A DNA stretch of 52,671 nt from the IMG/VR virus record IMGVR_UViG_3300015195_000007, positions 1 to 52,671 of that record; one strand, 5' to 3'. Position numbers and translations under genes: made by a program. The notes beneath the pieces are model-generated. The model made no database searches. It was not told where the DNA came from and saw nothing but the letters and a program-made list of their open reading frames with translations. Source of the DNA: a virus. Its lineage: Duplodnaviria; Caudoviricetes. Every line of letters starts with the position of its first letter. Within the stretch, counting starts at the first letter, position 1. Shown here in pieces: positions 46,201 through 52,671 of the stretch.

Positions 46201-47922
46201 CTAGCGAGCGGGAGGCGCAGGCTTAGGCACTGGCGGGGACTGCGGCACCGTGGGCGGTAGCCCTGGCGGCTGCGTTGGCCCTGGCACTGGTCCCGGTGGC
46301 ACTGGTGCCGGTGCTGGCGGTGCATTCCGTATCGTTGGTGGTAGTCCTGACATTCCAAGACGCTTACGAACTTCTTCAACGTCTCCGGTAACTGTCAGCA
46401 TCTTGTCTGCGGCATCGAAGTCGTTGGCTTGAATGTCCTGAATCTCTTCTGCCGCATCATCAATCGGGAACCCAGCGTACATCAGAATCCTGATCGCCGT
46501 CTCTGGGCTGATCGCCTTGGCTGCCAGCAGGTTAGTGACCAGCACCTGCGCTTCTGTCTTATCGGCTGGCAAGAAACTACCGAACCGAATGCTCGCTGGG
46601 AAAATCTCCGCCAGGTCTGCATTCTGTAAAAAGTATCTTGCCACGAACTTCATCAGTAGAGAATACTTGTAGTGCCGAATGAGACGCATCTCGTTGATCA
46701 TGGCTGTGTGCGGGGCGAAGCTCAGTGTTAGGCTGATCCCTGAAGGAACTTCGTTGGGCTTTATTCTCCCGAGTAGTGCCTCAGGCACATGGCTATTGAC
46801 TGCGAGCCGAGACAGCAGGTCGTTTTTGTATGTAGTAAGGGCATCAAGTGAGTGTGACGTATCGATGACCGTCGCCGTTCCGTCTCCAGTTTCCCAAACG
46901 GTGCCGGGACCGTAAGAACGAATGTTGCCATCTTCGTCCTTGGGTGCAGAAGCACCACTGAGAGCAATCGGAGGTGTGCCAGTGGTCGCACTAGCAGCCT
47001 GAAGATCAGTATCCGTAGCCACGAGATCATCAAATATCTGAAGAACTTCTGCGAGCGCACTTTTCCCAAAGTGTTCTTCCCCACTATCGCTAACGAAACA
47101 GGGAATGTGAACAACTGGAATAAAGTCGATTTCCAGGTCTTCGTGGTCATGGTCGTAGATCGCCTTTGTTGGCTCGAGGGTTTCTATCTGTCCACTGGCA
47201 TTTTCTAGGAACCAAGTTGCATCTGTGTAGAGCACCGTCTTCGTGCTCGGCTTGAGGTTCCATGGATACATCCGTGGCGAATCGAGATCTACTAGCTCCC
47301 AAGTCTTGCGTCTTACCTTCTTAATGATGCCGTTGACCGCATAGTTGTTCTTCTCTTCGTATTCCCATGCGATATGAACCTTGTCTGGGAACTCTTCTTC
47401 GCTGTGCTCTTCAAGAACAGGGAAATAGAATCCTGGATTGTAGACTCGCAGTCTGGGTCGTTCCTTGTCTGCGTCCCAACCAAGAACGTACACGCCGTCA
47501 CCCAGCTTTACAGAGTGACGTTCGCACTCTACTATCTTCAGTGAGATCCCCTCGTCATCCATCCATTGGCTGAGAACGTCGTGTTGCTCCATGGCAGTCT
47601 CGTCTGGTTCTTCACCTTCAGCCATTGGAATGCTGAGGGTTTGCTTGTCTCCGATCAGACTGGCAAGAATCTGATTGACGATGGTGCTAGGGTCACCGTA
47701 TTCTCGCCGAGAGTAGCTCTGCTCATCAATCGGATGTCGCAGCCATAGATGAGCTACGTTGCGGCAGTACGATTCGAGAATGGTGTATGCCTGGAGACGT
47801 CGATAATGATCTCCAACCCAGCCAGGAATAAGCTGAGCGGCAGGTCCAGTCCGATAGCCGAAGACCTCTTTGTAATCTAGATAGCTCCAGCTATCTAGGA
47901 ATATTCTCAGGGGATGCCTCAT
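46201..47922 (-). CDS. portal protein
   Basis: Follows TerL; LGDGVY.L.WD, FIPVVHIP, FG.S, SG..L.L. Confidence 0.85.
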   Translation of the reverse strand: MRHPLRIFLDSWSYLDYKEVFGYRTGPAAQLIPGWVGDHYRRLQAYTILESYCRNVAHLWLRHPIDEQSYSRREYGDPSTIVNQILASLIGDKQTLSIPMAEGEEPDETAMEQHDVLSQWMDDEGISLKIVECERHSVKLGDGVYVLGWDADKERPRLRVYNPGFYFPVLEEHSEEEFPDKVHIAWEYEEKNNYAVNGIIKKVRRKTWELVDLDSPRMYPWNLKPSTKTVLYTDATWFLENASGQIETLEPTKAIYDHDHEDLEIDFIPVVHIPCFVSDSGEEHFGKSALAEVLQIFDDLVATDTDLQAASATTGTPPIALSGASAPKDEDGNIRSYGPGTVWETGDGTATVIDTSHSLDALTTYKNDLLSRLAVNSHVPEALLGRIKPNEVPSGISLTLSFAPHTAMINEMRLIRHYKYSLLMKFVARYFLQNADLAEIFPASIRFGSFLPADKTEAQVLVTNLLAAKAISPETAIRILMYAGFPIDDAAEEIQDIQANDFDAADKMLTVTGDVEEVRKRLGMSGLPPTIRNAPPAPAPVPPGPVPGPTQPPGLPPTVPQSPPVPKPAPPAR

Positions 47923-47924
47923 TA

Positions 47925-49325
47925 CTATCTACGACCTTTCAGTCGGGTGTCTCCGGTTCTCGATTGTTTGGTCTGCGTGGCACCGATCATTAAGTAGGTG
48001 CCACCCCATACTAGGGCATCCATCCGGTCTGGTGACACTTCTGCGCCATCTGCCGGAGGAAGCCATTCCCAACTGTCCGGCGGGTCTTCTTCGTTCCAGG
48101 TCGTCATTTCTTCTTCGAGGCGAGGAAATACCCCTACATGATGGTAGCGCCCCTGCTCATACAGGTTGACGATTGGTTCGGCACGACGTTGTTTCCCTCG
48201 GCTGGCGTGAACCTCCACGATGCGAACATTCGGATCAATATTACGCACTGTGTTCTTGACCATATCTCCGCCATTGTTGGTCTCGACTATCATCAGCTCT
48301 GCATCCCAGTCGTAATAAGCCTCTACCGCAGCCTTGCCCCACTCATTCGGGGTGCCTTGCTTGCTGCGATCGTCTCGCAAGAAGGCATGAGACAGCTTGG
48401 CGAATGGGTCATGAGCGGTAGGCAGCCATTTCCGCAGTTTGCTGGACACGATGATTCCACACTCTGCACCTAGCGCCTTAGCTGGAGGATCAACGCTTAC
48501 AATCGTTTGGTCGTACTTTCTGGGCTGCCTCACGGAGTCTAGGCGATATGGATCGATCATGCCTGTTGTCCAGCTTGCACCCTCAACGTCTTCGATAACT
48601 TCGGCGTATAGCTCCTGACGACCGAGCCGAGTGCCGCCGTAATCAGCGAACAGCATGTTGCTGATATGTTGCGGAAGATGGGGATTGCTCTTGGTCGTGG
48701 CTTTCGTCATAACAACTAGGCCCATGTCATCTGTTACTCTACCCGTTCTGGCAGCAGCGATCAAATCTTTGATGATCTTCTTATTCTTAGGCGTAGTAGA
48801 TACGATAGCGTGAGGACGAGGACCAAGACGAAGACCGTAACGCATGTGTTTCCAGCATTCATCCAGATATCTCCAGGCAGCAGCTTCTTCTCCCCAAACG
48901 AGACAACGATTACCACCAGAACGAAGCCTCTCAACATCTTCAGGAGTATGAGCTCCAAAGATTTTCGCTTCGACACCATTCCTCCACTTCACCATTGCCC
49001 CGCCGACAGTCTGTGTGACCTTGACGGTACTGTCGAACTTGCGGAGTCCAGACGGTCCGTTCACGCATGACGTGACGCCGTCTCCCAAGGTTGGGGCTAT
49101 GATAGCAGGCCAGTGACCGCCAGGAACGCTAGGGATACATGGCGGTCCATTGATATGATCATGGAAATATTGCGCACTAGCCTCGGTCTTACCAGAACCT
49201 CGACCAGCCAGCAATAGCCAGATGAACCAGTTGCCCGCTGGTGGGATTTGATGAGGAAGCGGATGCCAACGCTCTCCTGGTGGATCAAGGATGTCGGCTG
49301 TCAGCTCGAGGATAGACTTCGTCAT
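47925..49325 (-). CDS. terL: terminase large subunit
   Basis: LAGRGSGKT, WGEEAA, STTP, RQEL.AE, VDP, ETNNGGD, SPDRMDALVW; start 49325 overlaps the upstream stop. Confidence 0.92.
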   Translation of the reverse strand: MTKSILELTADILDPPGERWHPLPHQIPPAGNWFIWLLLAGRGSGKTEASAQYFHDHINGPPCIPSVPGGHWPAIIAPTLGDGVTSCVNGPSGLRKFDSTVKVTQTVGGAMVKWRNGVEAKIFGAHTPEDVERLRSGGNRCLVWGEEAAAWRYLDECWKHMRYGLRLGPRPHAIVSTTPKNKKIIKDLIAAARTGRVTDDMGLVVMTKATTKSNPHLPQHISNMLFADYGGTRLGRQELYAEVIEDVEGASWTTGMIDPYRLDSVRQPRKYDQTIVSVDPPAKALGAECGIIVSSKLRKWLPTAHDPFAKLSHAFLRDDRSKQGTPNEWGKAAVEAYYDWDAELMIVETNNGGDMVKNTVRNIDPNVRIVEVHASRGKQRRAEPIVNLYEQGRYHHVGVFPRLEEEMTTWNEEDPPDSWEWLPPADGAEVSPDRMDALVWGGTYLMIGATQTKQSRTGDTRLKGRR

Positions 49326-49651
49326 ATAAATGGAGTCGGATTCTTCTTGAGCCGCAACACCTTGTATGTCTTTCGTAGAAGGTTTGGCCCAAGATCTACT
49401 ATCATTAGCCGGTACGACCCCTCTTGGGCTGGGCTCTGCCACTTGTATTCCCAAGCCCCGGTGCTACCGTCTAGATTGACGAATCCAGCGTTGTAGATCA
49501 ACGCTTGATTCAACAGAAGACTCGTGTTCGTCGGATCAGAAATGCTCAGAGTCACAGAGGTCACGTCTGGAGCGATCAGAATGGTCGTGCCATTCAGGTC
49601 TGTAACTACAGTTCTGATCCAAACTATCTCTCCAGCGTAAATATCGTTCAT
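49322..49651 (-). CDS. small beta-rich (Ig-like) structural protein
   Basis: V.L.I.DP, TG.W.Y.W.SP...G.Y. Confidence 0.55.
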   Translation of the reverse strand: MNDIYAGEIVWIRTVVTDLNGTTILIAPDVTSVTLSISDPTNTSLLLNQALIYNAGFVNLDGSTGAWEYKWQSPAQEGSYRLMIVDLGPNLLRKTYKVLRLKKNPTPFI

Positions 49652-49654
49652 CCG

Positions 49655-52597
49655 TTATCCAATCCGTATAGATTGAGAGGGCTTGGTCACAGTGGTAATG
49701 GTACCAGTCTGGTCTAAAGTCGTAGTGTTCTTGGTGGTACCGGCGGTTGTTCTGTTGTCTGGATCTTCTATGTCTGTTAGTGCTATGATAAAGGTATGCG
49801 GATTTGGCAGACCAACGACGGATGATACTTTGACTGGGAAAGATAAGATTCCATATCCTGCCGACACTTGGGAGATCGACGGTATTGACCCTATCCCATG
49901 AATGATAGCGGTAGTGACCGTAGCACCAAAGCCGACGCTAGCCTGGTCATTCGGAGTAACACCCGCCCCAGAGATAGTTGTGGGGAATGCAATAGTTCCA
50001 ATCCCAGCGATAGTTGTTGGGGCGGGAGTAGATCCTACGCTAGATATTTTTCCTGGAGTGGCTAATGCCCCAGAGCTAGGCGTGGGTGGTTTGACTGTAC
50101 CGATACCTGTGACTGTGATTGGAGTTACAAGAGATCCTGTACTGCTAATCGGTGCATTTGTAGATCCTGCCCCTGCAATCGTGGCTGGAGCAGCCAGCGC
50201 CCCGGAGCTGGGAGTCGGAACCCTAACAGTCCCGACGCCATAAATCGTTACGGGAGCAGCCAGAGCACTCGCTGCTCCTGTTGGGGCGGGAGTAGATCCT
50301 ACGCTAGATATTTTTCCTGGAGTGGCGATAGACCCTGCGCTGAGTGTCGGCACTGAGACTGCGCCCACTGCTGCGATCGTTGCAGGAAATACCGTGACGC
50401 CTGCGCCAGAGGTCGGAGCTGGAACTGAACCAACACCTGTGATTGTTGGTGCGGCTGCCGTAGCGCCAGCTCCTGCGCTCGGAGCTCTTGCGGTTCCTGT
50501 TGTAGCGACAGCTATCGGAAAAGCTTGGTTACTAGAACTACCGGATGGGGCTGGTATTGAGCCAATGCCAGAAATGGTCGTGGGAAGAGCTGTGGCACTG
50601 TTCCCACTGCTAGCTGTTGGCGCAGGGACCGAACCAATATCTGCGATCGTCGTAGGTGTGGCAAGGGATCCGGAACTGCCAGCCTGTATCGGTGTTGATC
50701 CTATGCCAGCGATTGTTACTGGTGAAGCCAGCATTCCGACGCTAGGCGTGGGTGCCCGAACTGTGCCTATCGCTGATATCGTGGTCGGAGCAGTTGTGAC
50801 CCCCGATCCTGCACTAGCGGCTGGAGTCTGGATAGATCCTACTCCCGCAATCGTTGTAGGCGTGGCCAGCATTCCGATACTTGGCGTAGGAGCAGTGATC
50901 GTACCTGTTCCCGAAATCGTAGTTGGAGTGGCAAGAGATCCAGTACTTGTGGCTGAGGCTGGAAGTAAACATGAACCTGAGACTGTTGCGGGAGAGGCTT
51001 GTGTCCCCGAACTACCTGTGGGGGCAGGCAGTGAGCCAATAGCGGAAATAGTTCCGGGAGTAGCTAGAGTCCCGATGGTACCGCTTGGAATCTTAACCGT
51101 ACCTGTCCCGGCGATTGTTACTGGAGCAGCTTGCGCCCCGACGCTAGGGATCGGTGCTGGAAGTGACCCCGCACCCGCTATCGTGGTTGGAGTAGCTAAC
51201 GATCCTGAGGTAGGAGTAGGTGCGGGGAGGGAGCCAATACCTGATATTGTAGTGGGCAGTGAGTTCGCCCCAGAGCCAGAGGACGGATTAGGAAGTGATC
51301 CTACTCCCGCAATCGTTGTAGGCGTGGCCAGCATTCCGATACTTGGCGTAGGAGCAGGAATGGATCCTATACCTGCGATTGTGACAGGTAGTGCAGAGGC
51401 TCCGGCGTTGGGGGTCGGTACTGGGATTGCTCCTACAGCAGAGATCGTGGTCGAGGTGGCAAGAGCTCCCGCACTAGGATTCGGGTTAGGAAGTGATCCT
51501 ACGCCTGAGACTGTTGCGGGGAGTGCAACTGCGCTCGTACCCGCACTTGGGGATGGGGCTGGTATTGAGCCAATGCCTGCGATTGTGGTTGGGGCAGCCT
51601 GATAGCTGATGCTAGGCGTGGGGACTTTGAGAGATCCTGCACCTGCTATCGTTATCGGAGCAGATGACGCTCCGACACTTGGCGACGGTACTGGAGTTGC
51701 TCCTACGGCAGAAACCTGGGTCGGTGTAACTAGCGATCCGGAGCTGCCAGAGGGTGCGGGCAACGATCCTATAGCGGAGATTGTTACTGGCGAAGTTGTT
51801 GATCCGACACTAGGATTCGGGTTAGGAAGTGATCCTACGCCTGAGACTGTGGTTGGAGTAGCTAACGATCCTGAGGTAGGAGTAGGTGCGGGGAGGGAGC
51901 CAGTACCTGCAATCGCACTAGGGGCAGCCGTTGCTGAACTATTATCTGGACCAGGGAGCCCGGTGGCGTTTACCTGGATGGAATCCATCCAGAGCGTAAC
52001 TATTGCTGCTGGTGCGCCGTTAACTCCGAAACGGACAGTGTCCGAGCTTGCCGCCCCGAAGTTCTGGGCGCTGGTGCTAATCGTCTCAGTGGCGGTGACC
52101 GAATCAGTAGGATAGAGCGAAACGCTGCCAGAGCCAGTGGTGGCCGAGAAAGTGAATGTGAACTCGATCCGGTTCCACGCATTGAGTGTGACAGTGTTTG
52201 TGGACGTGACGGCGGTCGCATTAAGCGTGTCTACGATCGCCAGCTTGCCCGCGGAGGTAAGCCGGATTCTGGCGGTGTTGGTGGCACCCGACAGGAAGCT
52301 GACCAAGGAGAGGTTGGCGGTCGGGTTGGCTGTGACGTAAAAATACAGACGCCCATAGACCGTTGTCTGCGTGCTAATCGACGCCAGCCATTGCAGGTAG
52401 GCGTTAGCACCGCTGGAGGTGACTATTTTGTAGGAAAGACTGCCATGAGCAGCATGGGCGTTGTCGGCTGTAAGAGTACTAGTGCCGCCGATGTTGACAG
52501 TATCGAAGGCAGCGCCAGACGTACCGCCAGAGTTGGCTGTGGTTACAGTAGTGCCACTGGTACCGCCCTCGGCGTTATTGGCTACAGGCAGAGCCAT
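49655..52597 (-). CDS. large fibre-like protein: N-terminal beta-sandwich + about 30 Pro/Thr/Ser/Ala/Gly-rich 22-aa repeats
   Basis: Repeat unit like SLATPTTVSGVGSLPNPNPSVG; N-terminal LamG-like WNRIEF...WMDSI. Confidence 0.75.
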   Translation of the reverse strand: MALPVANNAEGGTSGTTVTTANSGGTSGAAFDTVNIGGTSTLTADNAHAAHGSLSYKIVTSSGANAYLQWLASISTQTTVYGRLYFYVTANPTANLSLVSFLSGATNTARIRLTSAGKLAIVDTLNATAVTSTNTVTLNAWNRIEFTFTFSATTGSGSVSLYPTDSVTATETISTSAQNFGAASSDTVRFGVNGAPAAIVTLWMDSIQVNATGLPGPDNSSATAAPSAIAGTGSLPAPTPTSGSLATPTTVSGVGSLPNPNPSVGSTTSPVTISAIGSLPAPSGSSGSLVTPTQVSAVGATPVPSPSVGASSAPITIAGAGSLKVPTPSISYQAAPTTIAGIGSIPAPSPSAGTSAVALPATVSGVGSLPNPNPSAGALATSTTISAVGAIPVPTPNAGASALPVTIAGIGSIPAPTPSIGMLATPTTIAGVGSLPNPSSGSGANSLPTTISGIGSLPAPTPTSGSLATPTTIAGAGSLPAPIPSVGAQAAPVTIAGTGTVKIPSGTIGTLATPGTISAIGSLPAPTGSSGTQASPATVSGSCLLPASATSTGSLATPTTISGTGTITAPTPSIGMLATPTTIAGVGSIQTPAASAGSGVTTAPTTISAIGTVRAPTPSVGMLASPVTIAGIGSTPIQAGSSGSLATPTTIADIGSVPAPTASSGNSATALPTTISGIGSIPAPSGSSSNQAFPIAVATTGTARAPSAGAGATAAAPTITGVGSVPAPTSGAGVTVFPATIAAVGAVSVPTLSAGSIATPGKISSVGSTPAPTGAASALAAPVTIYGVGTVRVPTPSSGALAAPATIAGAGSTNAPISSTGSLVTPITVTGIGTVKPPTPSSGALATPGKISSVGSTPAPTTIAGIGTIAFPTTISGAGVTPNDQASVGFGATVTTAIIHGIGSIPSISQVSAGYGILSFPVKVSSVVGLPNPHTFIIALTDIEDPDNRTTAGTTKNTTTLDQTGTITTVTKPSQSIRIG
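49840..51950 (-). repeat. degenerate ~66-bp coding repeat array
   Basis: Exact duplicates, e.g. 50835-50895 = 51297-51357 (61 bp) and 51183-51236 = 51849-51902 (54 bp). Confidence 0.8.
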
Positions 52598-52671
52598 CGG
52601 GGGTTACGGAACGGGCCAGGTATAAATGAACGTCCAGCCAGCCGGAGGATTGATTATCATCTCTAACTTTT

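Larger units (their letters stand above)
1..52671. mobile_element. Tailed bacteriophage (siphovirus-like) genome segment, probable actinobacterial host
   Basis: TerL, portal, scaffold, capsid, tail tube, chaperone frameshift, tape measure, endolysin and phage replication genes. Dense ATGA/GTGA gene overlaps. No host housekeeping operons. Confidence 0.95.

Noticed and set aside
48880-48910. TerL Walker B reads WGEE rather than hhDE
   Set aside because: Conservative change with all other ATPase and nuclease motifs intact; not enough to claim altered function
14637-49325. Inteins in primase-MCM, DnaE or TerL
   Set aside because: Lengths and motif spacing leave no room; no C...HN-C/S/T splice motifs or LAGLIDADG blocks seen
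49326-49454. N-terminal extension of TerL
   Set aside because: Overlaps ORF 49322-49651; ATG at 49325 overlaps that gene's stop
50322-52115. Long + strand ORFs (426 aa, 168 aa)
   Set aside because: Antisense shadows of the repeat protein, whose codons rarely create stops on the opposite strand
1-52671. tRNA genes, integrase/attP, recoded stop codons
   Set aside because: No cloverleaf or recombinase motifs recognised; long genes are intact in the standard code. The window may not cover the whole genome, so lifestyle is undetermined

Overview
The window is most of a tailed-phage genome (long-tailed siphovirus type, probably infecting an actinobacterium, judged from the tail, head-tail, amidase and tape-measure domains). 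It has two convergent arms that meet at about 26.3-26.5 kb. The + arm (1-26.3 kb) begins with many small early genes (DUF2786-like, SLOG-like, TylF-like O-methyltransferase, zinc-ribbon microproteins). It continues with a recombination/replication module (SNF2 helicase, Cas4-like nuclease, HNH, Sak4-like ATPase, SSB-like protein, a TOPRIM-primase/MCM-helicase fusion, DnaE). Interleaved with these is a nucleotide-metabolism cluster (FAD oxidoreductase, YkgJ-like, HAD, DUF1599-like, divergent ThyX), and the arm ends with an amidase endolysin. The - arm (52.6 to 26.5 kb) is the virion module: repeat-rich fibre-like protein, TerL, portal, scaffold, decoration protein, major capsid, giant MuF-like protein with a HExxH peptidase, head-tail genes, two paralogous tail-tube genes, frameshifted tail chaperones, tape measure and minor tail proteins. 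No integrase, tRNA, CRISPR array or reverse transcriptase was seen. The best candidates for new biology are: (i) a hybrid replisome of DnaG-type primase fused to an MCM helicase plus DnaE; (ii) a possible base-modification pathway around a non-canonical ThyX; (iii) an HNH endonuclease that appears to have inserted together with a replacement 3' end for the Cas4-like gene; (iv) twin tail-tube genes; (v) a 7-copy tandem Shine-Dalgarno array. All family calls come from motif recognition by eye; no database search was run.
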